Positions 1-9,621 of a stretch of DNA of 64,000 bases are shown piece by piece; position 1 is the first letter of the stretch, and the number at the start of each line of letters is the position of its first letter. The stretch lies in the IMG/VR virus record IMGVR_UViG_3300044960_000113, positions 64,001 through 128,000 of that record, one strand, 5' to 3'. The translations under genes were made by a program, and so were the position numbers. The stretch comes from a virus. The notes under the pieces are model-generated. The model was not told where the DNA came from, searched no databases, and saw only the letters and a program-made list of their open reading frames with translations.

Positions 1-521
1 TCAGAAAAATCTTGACGGAAAAAATGCTTACCATCACATGTTTCAACCCTAAATTCTTTAGAAAAGATATTGACTAATGATGCACCAACACCATTAGTAC
101 CAACCCATGTGCGATCATCACTATCATCAAAATTAGAACCAGCTTTAAGCTCAGAAAACACCAAAGTTGGAACATACATATTATGTTCCTTATGTATTTC
201 TACAGGAATTCCGCCATTATCATATACTGAAATTTTACCAGATGATTTATCAATTTCTACTTTGATAACATCAAGTTTTGAACCTTTTCTTTTGCTTTCA
301 TCAACAGAATTAGAAATAATTTCATCAAATAATTTTTGAAGACCTGGATTCCATGTTACTTCCTTTTTTTCCATCTTCTTTGTTTTTTCGTTATAAATCC
401 ACGTTTCTGCTGTGTGTGGCTGAGTTGAACCAATATACATTCCTGGGCGAAGTAATACGTGTTCAATATCAGTTAGTTTTTTGAATTTTTCTTCGATTGT
501 TTTTTCTGTTTTTTTGTTCAT
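1..521 (-). CDS. Type II DNA topoisomerase large (GyrB/ParE-like, T4 gp39-like) subunit, N-terminal part; continues past the window edge
   Basis: Not in the ORF track. Manual translation from ATG at 521 gives EHVLLRPGMYIGS ... KLFDEIISNSVDE ... DNGGIPV ... GSNFDD ... GTNGVGASLVNIFS (GHKL ATPase motifs). Confidence 0.92.
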   Translation of the reverse strand, partial: MNKKTEKTIEEKFKKLTDIEHVLLRPGMYIGSTQPHTAETWIYNEKTKKMEKKEVTWNPGLQKLFDEIISNSVDESKRKGSKLDVIKVEIDKSSGKISVYDNGGIPVEIHKEHNMYVPTLVFSELKAGSNFDDSDDRTWVGTNGVGASLVNIFSKEFRVETCDGKHFFRQDFS

Positions 522-612
522 AAATTTCCTCTATATAATATGTGATGAATATTATATACTAATTTTATAGTAAATTAAATTGATAAATCCTAAATTGATT
601 TATTAAAAGAAT

Positions 613-1338
613 TTAATTCATAAACATACCACCATTAACATGGATAGTAGTTCCTGTTATATATCCCGAATTTTCACTTGCTAAAAATAAAGCAGCATTT
701 GCGACATCTTCGGGTTGGCCTATTCGTTGAATTGGAAGTTTTTTTATGTCTTCTTCATTATTTGGTAAATTTTTAGTCATGTCTGTTTCTATTAATCCTG
801 GAGCTATACAATTAACTGTGATATTATACCGCCCTAATTCGCTTGCCAATCCATGTGTTAAACCAATTAATCCAGCCTTTGATGCCATATAATTAGAATG
901 ACCAACTTGACTTCTAAAAGCAGATACAGATGATATATTAATTATTCTTCCATATTTTTGTTTCATCATTTCTATAGCAACAAACTTTGTTAACTTAAAA
1001 ATGCTTTTTAAATTAGTATTAATGACAGCATCCCAATCATCATCAGACATTCTAAATAATATTTTATCTCTAGTTATTCCTGCATTATTAATTAATACAG
1101 AAATTGGTGATTTTATACTATTTATGACTTCTTTATATGTATCATATTTTGTAACATCTAATGTAATACCATATCCACCATAATCTTTTAAAAATTTAGA
1201 TATATTGTTTGCTCCTTCTTCTGTTGTTGATGTCCCATAAACCGTATAATTATTTTTAGCAAAGAGAATAGCGATTGCCTTACCAATACCACGTGAAGCT
1301 CCTGTTATTAATACTGTCTTTTTTGAAATACTATCCAT
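613..1338 (-). CDS. fabG: 3-oxoacyl-ACP reductase (SDR family)
   Basis: TGASRGIG, NNAGITRD, YxxxK (YMASK), NCIAPGLIETDMT, C-terminal ITGTTIHVNGG. Confidence 0.9.
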   Translation of the reverse strand: MDSISKKTVLITGASRGIGKAIAILFAKNNYTVYGTSTTEEGANNISKFLKDYGGYGITLDVTKYDTYKEVINSIKSPISVLINNAGITRDKILFRMSDDDWDAVINTNLKSIFKLTKFVAIEMMKQKYGRIINISSVSAFRSQVGHSNYMASKAGLIGLTHGLASELGRYNITVNCIAPGLIETDMTKNLPNNEEDIKKLPIQRIGQPEDVANAALFLASENSGYITGTTIHVNGGMFMN

Positions 1339-1419
1339 TTGATTTAAAATTCATTATTTTATCTTTTATATTTTAAATAAATAAACATACATTATTCATA
1401 TTTTTTTTCTATTTATATT

Positions 1420-3099
1420 ATGGCAAATGTTATTCTTTTAGGCGACTGCGCAGGTTTAGATTTTGTAGATAAACAATTTGAATTTAGATATTTTATAAAA
1501 AATTCTGCTTTACTTAGATTGAGTCATTTTTTAAGACGTTATGGTCATACAGTATTCCAAGTTCACCATTTTACATCATTTACATCTGACGAACTTATTA
1601 AATTATTAACACCACATTTAACAGATAATACTAAAATATTAGGGCTATCATCATCTTTTATTTCTGCTGTAAAAATACTAAATAAAAACACAATTGGACA
1701 ATATTTAGGAACAAATATTATACCACTTTTTAAGAAAAGTGATTTAGATAGAATAATAAACTTGTTGTCTTTTGTAAAATTAAATTATCCACATATAAAA
1801 ATTGTTATTGGTGGACATAATATTTTTAAGCAAAGATTTAATAAAAATAAAGAAATTGAAAGATTATCATTAGATATTTTAAACAAGTATGTTGATTATT
1901 TTATACAAGGTGAAGGTGAAGCCGCATTATTAAAAATAATAAATAATGAACATATTAATGTTTTAAACATAAATGGTTTTAATATAATAAATGGTAATTC
2001 TTTTAAGAATAATGATTTTTCTGAAATAGCAAATGCACCAATTGAAAAAATAGACGGTATATCATTTGGTGAATCATTATCGACAGAATTGGGACATGGT
2101 TGTATTTTTGATTGTGAGTTTTGTTCAGGTCGAATAACAGGGAAAAACAAAGATGATTTTATGCGGTCATATGAAAGTTTATATACCGAATTAACATACA
2201 ATTATAAAACATTTGGAACAAAATTTTATCTATTTTTAGATGATATTATTAATGATAATTCAACAAAATTAGAATGGTTAATAAAAATACGAAAAGAAAC
2301 AAATATCGATATAACATGGACATGTTATACAAGATTAGATCTAATTAAATCACCAGAAGAAGCACAGATGTTTTTAGATGCTGGATGCTTAGGAGTATAT
2401 TTTGGCATTGAATCTATAAATGAAGAGACTGGACCTTCAATTGGTAAGATTACAAATAGAGAAAAAGTAATTTCACAGTTGAAAATGTGCAGACAAGTAT
2501 GGGGTGATAATATTTTAATTAAAGCATCATTTATTGCTGGTTTACCAAAAGAAACACAAACAGATTTTGTTAATAACTTAAATTATATTATTAATACAAC
2601 TGAAGGACAATATTTGATAGACAGAATTTCCATTACACCATTATTTATTCATACATATAAAAAAGGTAAATTTACGAAACAACGAAATTATCCTTTTGCT
2701 CAATATAAATTAGACGAATATATTGACGAAAATTATATAGGAATTCAAAATTGGGTTAGTCCATGGGGTACTCGTGAACAATTTTTTAATTTAATTGGTC
2801 AGGTTTCTTCTAAAATTCCCGAACAAGTTAATATGGCTCATCCATTTTATTTTCCTATGTATGAAACATTAGGATTAAATATTAGACAGATGATTAAATC
2901 TGTTAGGAATAGAACATTTACTCATGCTATAACATCAATGCAGTTATTACCATTAATACATAATAAGATTAAAGAATATAAACAGCATATGTTTACAATC
3001 ACAAATGACGATGTTGAAAAATATCATTTAAAATTTTGGGAAACATTTCCAATAATTAAAAAAGATGATAGAAAATATTTTGAATTAATACAAATATAA
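1420..3099 (+). CDS. Radical SAM protein with probable N-terminal cobalamin-binding domain
   Basis: CxxxCxxC (CIFDCEFC); VIGGHN and GEGE motifs; FGIES; FIAGLP. Confidence 0.85.
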   Translation: MANVILLGDCAGLDFVDKQFEFRYFIKNSALLRLSHFLRRYGHTVFQVHHFTSFTSDELIKLLTPHLTDNTKILGLSSSFISAVKILNKNTIGQYLGTNIIPLFKKSDLDRIINLLSFVKLNYPHIKIVIGGHNIFKQRFNKNKEIERLSLDILNKYVDYFIQGEGEAALLKIINNEHINVLNINGFNIINGNSFKNNDFSEIANAPIEKIDGISFGESLSTELGHGCIFDCEFCSGRITGKNKDDFMRSYESLYTELTYNYKTFGTKFYLFLDDIINDNSTKLEWLIKIRKETNIDITWTCYTRLDLIKSPEEAQMFLDAGCLGVYFGIESINEETGPSIGKITNREKVISQLKMCRQVWGDNILIKASFIAGLPKETQTDFVNNLNYIINTTEGQYLIDRISITPLFIHTYKKGKFTKQRNYPFAQYKLDEYIDENYIGIQNWVSPWGTREQFFNLIGQVSSKIPEQVNMAHPFYFPMYETLGLNIRQMIKSVRNRTFTHAITSMQLLPLIHNKIKEYKQHMFTITNDDVEKYHLKFWETFPIIKKDDRKYFELIQI

Positions 3100-3102
3100 A
3101 AA

Positions 3103-3318
3103 TTATAAATTTTCTCCATTAAATATTTCATCTTGGCATCGTTGACACCAACCAGATATTTCATATTCCTTTTTTGATAATTCATCTTTAAATGTTGTTA
3201 TTGGTTGTTTACAATCAATACAAATTTCATTTTCATGCGCTTCTTGTATAGTAATTCCTAAAAAATAATTATCAAACTTATCTATAATTTCTTGTAATTC
3301 ATTATTTCTCGACGTCAT
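3103..3318 (-). CDS. Small hypothetical protein with two CxxC pairs
   Basis: CIDC and CQRC; start moved to MTSRNN, which has an AGGAG RBS. Confidence 0.55.
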   Translation of the reverse strand: MTSRNNELQEIIDKFDNYFLGITIQEAHENEICIDCKQPITTFKDELSKKEYEISGWCQRCQDEIFNGENL

Positions 3319-3320
3319 TT

Positions 3321-3974
3321 TTATTCTCCTAAAAACATTTGTTTCCATTTATTATATTTAAGATCCGAATATGCTCTAAGAAGATATGCTGGATGCCATA
3401 TATTTCTATATTTAATGTTCTTTTCTCTAGAAGAAAAATAATAAACTATTCTTGAATATTCATTATATGAACCAAGAAAAATAATTTTAACATTTGGAAA
3501 TATATCAATAAAAAATTCTAATTCTGTTATTATATCTCCAAATTTCATATCATGATTTTTATAAACATTTGTGAAATATGGATATATTTTAATGTCAAAT
3601 AAAAGTTTATGTAATAATTTTGATGATGGACCTATAAGCCATGACGTTTCATATTTAGAAAGATGTTGATAAAAATGACCTGGTTTAAAACCACAAACAA
3701 TATGTGATAAATCAGAAAATAAATTACCCCTTGGCGGGGTAAATTCGTTATAATAATTTAATTTTGAATAGACGTATCTATTGTATTCTTTTACTATTTC
3801 TCTTTCGTCTGTTGTAAATCCTGGATATTGGATATATTTTTCATTTGTTGTTTCAGAAACAACAAACGTATTCTTGCACCTTGCAATCCCGTGCCATTCT
3901 TCTTCTTTGATTTTTCCGAGATTATATTCTTTTTGGTAATAAATTTGTTCATTTTTTATTTCTTTTATTTGCAT
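3321..3974 (-). CDS. Uracil-DNA glycosylase superfamily-like protein
   Basis: C-terminal IIFLG...WHPAYLLR resembles UDG motif B; N-terminal motif not clearly recognised. Confidence 0.5.
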   Translation of the reverse strand: MQIKEIKNEQIYYQKEYNLGKIKEEEWHGIARCKNTFVVSETTNEKYIQYPGFTTDEREIVKEYNRYVYSKLNYYNEFTPPRGNLFSDLSHIVCGFKPGHFYQHLSKYETSWLIGPSSKLLHKLLFDIKIYPYFTNVYKNHDMKFGDIITELEFFIDIFPNVKIIFLGSYNEYSRIVYYFSSREKNIKYRNIWHPAYLLRAYSDLKYNKWKQMFLGE

Positions 3975-4171
3975 TTTTTATCGTCGATTTGCCAATCTTT
4001 AGAAAGTTGAGTTACATTACCAGTAAAAACAGCTTCTTCTGTAAAATCTGAAATTTCAGCTAATGCCTCTTCAAGAGTATTACCAATAGCATAAACTTTT
4101 TCTTGTTGTGGTTTAGAATTCTTTTTTGCGCTTTTAATAAATGCATCAAATTCAAATAACATTTTAGTCAT
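3965..4171 (-). CDS. Hypothetical protein
   Basis: ORF tightly packed in the operon. Confidence 0.5.
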   Translation of the reverse strand: MTKMLFEFDAFIKSAKKNSKPQQEKVYAIGNTLEEALAEISDFTEEAVFTGNVTQLSKDWQIDDKKCK

Positions 4172-4185
4172 AATGGTTTCCTCTA

Positions 4186-4779
4186 TTATTTCTCCATGTT
4201 ATCAATAATCTGTTTAATTACTGCTATAGTGTTAATAATACTTAAATTATTTTTGTTTTTCTTAAGTGCTTTATTTAACCTATCTTTTGTAATCAAATGT
4301 GGAGTTTTCTTGATAATTTCAGCAATTAAAGCATCAGCTTGACTTCCTTTTTCATTATTACATTTTACACACATAATCTGAGAATTATCAAAATGATCTG
4401 AACCACCTAATGCTCTTGGTATCTTGTGGTCCCACGTAAGAAGAACCTCTTTACCATTAGCCAATGTTGCATATGGTGCTAAGTAAAAAGCACCAGTAAT
4501 ATCATATCTTGCACGCTCAATATGAAAGTGAGAAAGTTCTGCTGAACAACATACACATTTATGCTTTCCATTTAAAATCAGTGTAAGTCGTTTTGACGAT
4601 GTCGTGATTTTTGAACCATAAACAGTATATGATTTTGAAATAATTTTTAATCCATCTTCTTTATTAATATATTCTTTTATTCTAAAATAGGATGATGTGT
4701 AACATCCGTCCCTATCCCACCATTTAGTATTATTGTACTGTTTAACGGTAGGAAAATTATTAAGATTGAGTTGATGCAT
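4186..4779 (-). CDS. HNH endonuclease
   Basis: TWDHKIPRALGGSDHFDNSQIMCVKCNNEKG. Confidence 0.8.
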   Translation of the reverse strand: MHQLNLNNFPTVKQYNNTKWWDRDGCYTSSYFRIKEYINKEDGLKIISKSYTVYGSKITTSSKRLTLILNGKHKCVCCSAELSHFHIERARYDITGAFYLAPYATLANGKEVLLTWDHKIPRALGGSDHFDNSQIMCVKCNNEKGSQADALIAEIIKKTPHLITKDRLNKALKKNKNNLSIINTIAVIKQIIDNMEK

Positions 4780-4929
4780 TTTATAATTATTAATTGTTAA
4801 AGACTTTAACAGTTCAACTATTAATGTTGGGAATTTTCTTAACTATCATATGAATATTATATCAAATCTTTAGAAAAAAATACACACATTTTAATAGACA
4901 TTTAGATCAATATGTTTATACACTATGAT

Positions 4930-4984
4930 CTGATCGGGCTATCCTGGTGCATCTGGTATGCATTTTAACCTAAGTGATTGATTT
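4930..4984. repeat. Diverged partial third copy of the 136-bp intergenic element
   Basis: ctgatcgg-N9-(g/a)tgcatc-N17-taagt(g/t)attgattt, with spacing identical to 5714-5768. Confidence 0.6.
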
Positions 4985-5020
4985 ATATAAAATCTAAGTT
5001 GTTGATTTTAAATGAAAATT

Positions 5021-5043
5021 GGGTGATACTCTGAGTATCACCC
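5021..5043 (-). terminator. Intrinsic terminator hairpin after the 5069-5503 gene
   Basis: GGGTGATACTC-T-GAGTATCACCC perfect stem, followed by AATTTT on the minus strand. Confidence 0.75.
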
Positions 5044-5068
5044 CAATCAAAGTTTTACATCAACATTT

Positions 5069-5503
5069 TTACTGCATTTTGATGATTGTAACAGGGCCAG
5101 GTTTGCGATAAGCTTTCAGCTTTTTCACACCAATTAGAGGTTCATTTTTTAATTTGGCTAGTTCAGCCTTAAGAGCTTCACGTTTTGCCTTTTTTTCTGC
5201 CCTGATAGCAGCACGTTCGGCTTTTTCTTTTGCTAGAGCCTCTTTCTTTTCGGCTCGAGCTTTTGCTTTTGCTTCTTTTGCGGCTGCCCGTTCAGCTTTT
5301 TTAGCAGCACGTTCAGCAGCTTTTGCTTCTTTCTTTTCGGCTCTAGCTTTCGCTTTTGCCTCTTTTGCAATTTTTCGTTCTTCGGCTTTTTCGGCTTTAA
5401 CTGCTTCGCGGAGAGCTTTGATTTCGGCTCGTGCACGTTTCACAGTCTCAATAGCGGTTTTCATTTCAGCTTTCACTTTTTCCATTTTTTCAGTAGCTTT
5501 CAT
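5069..5503 (-). CDS. Lys/Ala/Glu-rich low-complexity basic protein (histone H1-like)
   Basis: Repeats such as AKAKARAEKKEAK and AERAAKK; RBS GGAG and its own promoter. Confidence 0.7.
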   Translation of the reverse strand: MKATEKMEKVKAEMKTAIETVKRARAEIKALREAVKAEKAEERKIAKEAKAKARAEKKEAKAAERAAKKAERAAAKEAKAKARAEKKEALAKEKAERAAIRAEKKAKREALKAELAKLKNEPLIGVKKLKAYRKPGPVTIIKMQ

Positions 5504-5557
5504 CTGTAATCTCCATGTTGTTAAAAAAATTAATCTGATTTATTCAGATTATGAGAA

Positions 5558-5586
5558 ATTATAACATATTTCTATTAAAAAGTATA
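5558..5586 (-). promoter_or_regulatory. sigma70-type early promoter
   Basis: TATACT-N17-TATAAT on the minus strand. Confidence 0.65.
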
Positions 5587-5632
5587 CATTTTTAAAAAAT
5601 TATATGATTTTAATAACGTATTGATTTATATA

Positions 5633-5768
5633 AGATATTTTATATGTTATTGATTTTATTACAAAAACCTGGGTGAACCAGAAGTTAATCATGTATAATC
5701 TATATTATAGAAACTGATCGGTTCACCCAGATGCATCCAGATAACATATTTCTATAAGTTATTGATTT
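5633..5768. repeat. 136-bp intergenic repeat, copy A, with an internal 11-bp inverted repeat
   Basis: Near-identical to 6907-7042; CTGGGTGAACC (5669-5679) and GGTTCACCCAG (5720-5730) separated by 40 nt; ends in an IHF consensus. Confidence 0.9.
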
Positions 5769-5827
5769 CTTTATATTTTATTAAAATGTAAGTTATTGAT
5801 TTTATTATAAATTTTAAAAATCAATAA

Positions 5828-6793
5828 TTACATAGTAATGATATAAAGAGCAAGTTTTTCCCAATCTTTTATTGCTGCCCTAATCTTTACAACTGAGATC
5901 AACGTACGAAGATTTAGTTCTTTACATTCAGATGCATGCTTTTCTAGAAAATTTAATGCATCTTTTTTAATATTAAACGAAAATTCTTGCATAAATTCTT
6001 CACTACAAATAATTTTTTCCATTCTCTTAATCTTTTGTTTATCTGTCATATGAAGATCTACACAAATACTTCTTGATCTAATTGCCTGATCAATCTTCAT
6101 AAGAGGCTGATTACTGATAAAAATTACACTACCAGTAAACCTAAAGGAACGAGGTAACCCATCATCTTTAATAGGTTCAGCATTCCAATTGATCCATCTT
6201 TCATCATATGAATCAAGAGCGCTTTTTAAAATCATTAGAGCTGTTGTATCTTTCAATACGTTATCACAGTCATCGAAGATAACCAACTTATTACGGTTTT
6301 CAAAAAGTGTACGATACAATCCTTTTGCAGTTGAAAAACCTTTGACAACCGTATAGTCACCCTTTTTCATCCAAACTTCTTCGTCTGTTTCATCATCAGT
6401 TGTATTAGTTAAAAAGTCACGAGTATCTTTAAGACCCGAATTCTTAAGTGTTTGTATAACAGTAAACGTTTTGCCTAATCCTCCTTCACCAGTAATAATC
6501 ATGCTAGGAATGTTTTTATTAGCAATCATTGTTACAAGATTTTCAACGAAAGAAAATCTTTCATTGATATCAAAATGCTCAAAATGAGCTTCTTTAATGT
6601 TTTTATATTGAAGATCTACATTTGAAAATTCGATTGTATTTACGCCTAATTTCTTAGCTTTATTAGAACGACCACTTAGAATTGCTTCTTCAACATACTG
6701 TTTAGAAGCAGATGAAACAAGTTTTACACCTTGAAAAGTTGCAATCCATTTATTAGTTGAAGTATCAAATTCTACTTTTGCTGTCCTAGTCAT
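5828..6793 (-). CDS. P-loop (AAA-type) ATPase
   Basis: Walker A GEGGLGKT, Walker B VIFDDCD, VIFISN. Confidence 0.8.
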   Translation of the reverse strand: MTRTAKVEFDTSTNKWIATFQGVKLVSSASKQYVEEAILSGRSNKAKKLGVNTIEFSNVDLQYKNIKEAHFEHFDINERFSFVENLVTMIANKNIPSMIITGEGGLGKTFTVIQTLKNSGLKDTRDFLTNTTDDETDEEVWMKKGDYTVVKGFSTAKGLYRTLFENRNKLVIFDDCDNVLKDTTALMILKSALDSYDERWINWNAEPIKDDGLPRSFRFTGSVIFISNQPLMKIDQAIRSRSICVDLHMTDKQKIKRMEKIICSEEFMQEFSFNIKKDALNFLEKHASECKELNLRTLISVVKIRAAIKDWEKLALYIITM

Positions 6794-6906
6794 CTGAATT
6801 TCACCTTTGTTAATAAAAAATTATGTGTGTAATTTTATAATAGTTTTTTAGAAATGTAAATATATTGGTAAAATAAAATAGTTTCTAATAATGTATTGAT
6901 TTATAT

Positions 6907-7042
6907 AGATATTTTATATGTTATTGATTTTATTACAAAAACCCGGGTGGACCAGAAGTTAATCATGTATAAATCATATTACAGAAACTGATCGGTTCAC
7001 CCAGATGCATCCAGATAACATATTTCTATAAGTTATTGATTT
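6907..7042. repeat. 136-bp intergenic repeat, copy B
   Basis: Same length and near-identical to 5633-5768. Confidence 0.9.
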
Positions 7043-7118
7043 AATTAATATCTATGTTATTGATAATATTATACTTTTAATTTTTCTAAATATAATCTAT
7101 ATCTCTATATAAAAACAA

Positions 7119-7143
7119 CAATAGGGTCAATTTGACCCTATTG
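7119..7143 (-). terminator. Intrinsic terminator
   Basis: CAATAGGGTCAA-T-TTGACCCTATTG followed by a U-rich tail on the minus strand. Confidence 0.75.
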
Positions 7144-7171
7144 CCTTTAAGTTACGAAATATGTTCACATA

Positions 7172-7741
7172 TTAAGCAACCTTTTCAGTCACCCGTTTAA
7201 CAATACGGTAACCCTGTTTGGTGCTCTCAATGTTGAGAGTTTTATCTTTACGAAGTTCAGAAATCATAACGCCAACTGAACCTGGTGTTGCACCGATTTT
7301 TTGTGCAATAACTTCTTTATTTACATAAGTATCAGAAGCTCCAGCATCATTAAGCATAGAAAGAAGCATTTCAAACTTCTCTGATTTTTTACTTTTACGT
7401 GGTTGTTGATTTACTTTAACAACTTTTGAAGTTGATTTGACTTTAGCTGAAGTGTTAATATCTGAAACATTGTTCATATTTATTTCTCCTTTTTCATAAA
7501 AAATTGGAACAGGTTTAAATTCTGGATCAATAGTAGGACGAATAGCATTCACAACAATTTGACGAAGTGCACGCTGTCCATCTTCTAATTTTGCAGCTGG
7601 CTCAAAGCCAAGTTCTTGAAGTTCTTTGTTGACATAATCGATATCGTTAAATTTTTTATTCCCACTAAAATGATACATAGCACGTATGTAAGAGTTAGTA
7701 GGAACATTCTTTTCAGCAAGTTTCTTAAGAACTTCAGTCAT
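7172..7741 (-). CDS. Hypothetical protein with C-terminal winged-helix DNA-binding domain
   Basis: KEVIAQKIGATPGSVGVMISELRK...IESTKQGYRI. Confidence 0.6.
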   Translation of the reverse strand: MTEVLKKLAEKNVPTNSYIRAMYHFSGNKKFNDIDYVNKELQELGFEPAAKLEDGQRALRQIVVNAIRPTIDPEFKPVPIFYEKGEINMNNVSDINTSAKVKSTSKVVKVNQQPRKSKKSEKFEMLLSMLNDAGASDTYVNKEVIAQKIGATPGSVGVMISELRKDKTLNIESTKQGYRIVKRVTEKVA

Positions 7742-7776
7742 CTCTTTACTCCTTTGTGATCATCACCATAAAAAAT

Positions 7777-7805
7777 ATTATATCTAGTTTCTAGTTAAAA
7801 GTAAA
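7777..7805 (-). promoter_or_regulatory. Early promoter
   Basis: TTTACT-N17-TATAAT. Confidence 0.75.
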
Positions 7806-7859
7806 TAGAAATCTAAAAATATTTTTTATTAAAAATCAATAAGATAGGAAATAATTGTT

Positions 7860-8369
7860 TTATTTGACAATTTCTTTTACATTACCAGTGAAAGTTAGTG
7901 TCTTGCAAGTTTTGCAAAACCATTGTTTGGTGTTATTTGAAATTTGATTATGTTTTCGTTGACTGAGGAAAAATTTTTTCCCATGACATTTGCAACTATA
8001 TTCATAACGTCTGCAGGTGTATTTTTGTTTAACTAAAGAAACATCATACGAATGAGTACGTTTACCATCGCCACCGAGTTTGATGAAAACAGATTTGAAA
8101 TGATTACCATGACCCTTTCCAATATTACCATACAATTTGTAAGAGACCAGGTGAGCAATTTCATGTTTGATGGTATTATGAAACTTGTCAGAATTCATTT
8201 CTGCAAGAACAGCATTGAATTCGACGGAATTTTTATAGTAATATGCCCTACCACCACGAGTTCCACGATAGATAAAATTGACTTCGGGTGTAGTCATCTG
8301 AATACCAAACAGTTGATTGGCATGTTCAACCGTTTTTTTGACTTCTGAAATAATTTCACTAGGAGACAT
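7860..8369 (-). CDS. SprT-like zinc metalloprotease
   Basis: HEIAH, GKGHGNHFK, C-terminal Cys cluster (YSCKC...CKTC). Confidence 0.85.
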   Translation of the reverse strand: MSPSEIISEVKKTVEHANQLFGIQMTTPEVNFIYRGTRGGRAYYYKNSVEFNAVLAEMNSDKFHNTIKHEIAHLVSYKLYGNIGKGHGNHFKSVFIKLGGDGKRTHSYDVSLVKQKYTCRRYEYSCKCHGKKFFLSQRKHNQISNNTKQWFCKTCKTLTFTGNVKEIVK

Positions 8370-8408
8370 ATTCTAGTTGTTCCTTCTTAATTAACTGAAT
8401 ATGGTAAT

Positions 8409-8437
8409 ATTATACACTAATACCTAGGAAAAGTAAA
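8409..8437 (-). promoter_or_regulatory. Early promoter
   Basis: GTTTACT-N17-TATAAT. Confidence 0.75.
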
Positions 8438-8491
8438 CAGTTTAAAATAACTATATAAATCAATAACTTATATACTATATATTCTAAGTTA

Positions 8492-8701
8492 TTAATCCAT
8501 AATGATAATTTTATGAGCCCTATAGAAATGATATTCGGCAACTTTTTTGGCACCTTCTTTGGTTTCAGCTAAAACTCGCCATTCTTCCCAGCGTGGTTCG
8601 CGATGAATAACATTGTCCACTGCAGCTCGTTTTACTTTACATTTAAACATTCTAATAGGACGTTCAATTTGGGGGTTCTGAATTGTACCTGAAATTGACA
8701 T
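8492..8701 (-). CDS. Hypothetical protein
   Basis: Packed ORF in an early operon. Confidence 0.5.
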   Translation of the reverse strand: MSISGTIQNPQIERPIRMFKCKVKRAAVDNVIHREPRWEEWRVLAETKEGAKKVAEYHFYRAHKIIIMD

Positions 8702-8707
8702 ATTTAA

Positions 8708-8941
8708 TTAACCTTCTACTTTTAGCCATTTACCATCAGGCTGTTTTTTGTATCGTTGACCATATCCTGTGCCTAGACGTCCAACACCATATTTTTTCCA
8801 AGATGCTGGTGTCATTTTAGCCCAAGACCAAGGGTTCATTTTCGTTTTCCCATCAATCATTTCATCTGTAAACATATCACCAAAATCATCGTATTCATCG
8901 AGATATCCAACCCAATATACTACTGCTTTTTCATCTGACAT
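8708..8941 (-). CDS. Hypothetical protein
   Basis: Packed ORF with an AGGA RBS. Confidence 0.55.
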   Translation of the reverse strand: MSDEKAVVYWVGYLDEYDDFGDMFTDEMIDGKTKMNPWSWAKMTPASWKKYGVGRLGTGYGQRYKKQPDGKWLKVEG

Positions 8942-8952
8942 AATATTATTCC

Positions 8953-9147
8953 TTATTCAAAAATCCAACCTTTTTTAGAATCATAAAACCAAGCTCCCAT
9001 GCAAATACCACTATTTTTTGTTTGTGCAACTAATCCACTAGAAACTGGAAGAACTAGTAAATCTTTTTCTTTTGCGATTTTTCCCCATTCATCCAAAGAA
9101 GTAACTTGTTTACTTCCATCCGGTCCAAAATTAATTGAGTTTTTCAT
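8953..9147 (-). CDS. Hypothetical protein
   Basis: Start moved to MKNSINF (GGAGG upstream) to avoid overlap. Confidence 0.5.
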   Translation of the reverse strand: MKNSINFGPDGSKQVTSLDEWGKIAKEKDLLVLPVSSGLVAQTKNSGICMGAWFYDSKKGWIFE

Positions 9148-9559
9148 ACGCAAGACCTCCATCAGTTGAATAAAAAATTTCTTTGATACCAAAATCTTTT
9201 ACTGCTTGCATACACCCCTTACACGGTCGAGCATTTCCAATCTTGCCAGTTTTTTGAAGCCGATACACAAACAATTTCGCATTGGTAAAATCTTCAATTT
9301 GGTTCTTTGCGCGTACTATAGCATCGATTTCAGCATGAATAGAATGTTTGCAAGTATCATCATTAAACCGAAATGCATTATACTTCTTTTGCAGCGGATG
9401 AGATTTGTTCTCATCATTTACACCAACAGCAACTACACTTTTGTTAACAATTATAGCTGCACCAATCTTAAACTTTGAATGGTTAGACGTTTTCGATACA
9501 GCTTTTGCAACATCAAAATATCGCAAATCTCTATCAGAGAACATAGTCATCCTATTCAA
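9131..9559 (-). CDS. Cytidine/deoxycytidylate deaminase-family protein
   Basis: HAEIDAI and ARPCKGC zinc-binding motifs. Confidence 0.85.
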   Translation of the reverse strand: MNRMTMFSDRDLRYFDVAKAVSKTSNHSKFKIGAAIIVNKSVVAVGVNDENKSHPLQKKYNAFRFNDDTCKHSIHAEIDAIVRAKNQIEDFTNAKLFVYRLQKTGKIGNARPCKGCMQAVKDFGIKEIFYSTDGGLAYEKLN

Positions 9560-9578
9560 TCATCGATTTGATAGGATA

Positions 9579-9607
9579 ATTATAACATAGTTTTTAGAAT
9601 ATGTAAA
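9579..9607 (-). promoter_or_regulatory. Early promoter
   Basis: GTTTACA-N17-TATAAT. Confidence 0.75.
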
Positions 9608-9621
9608 CTATTTGATTTTAT

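Noticed and set aside
9131-9559. Deaminase as the editor of the stop codons at 14559-14774
   Set aside because: Motifs fit a generic cytidine/dCMP deaminase; nothing beyond rough proximity links it to mRNA editing.
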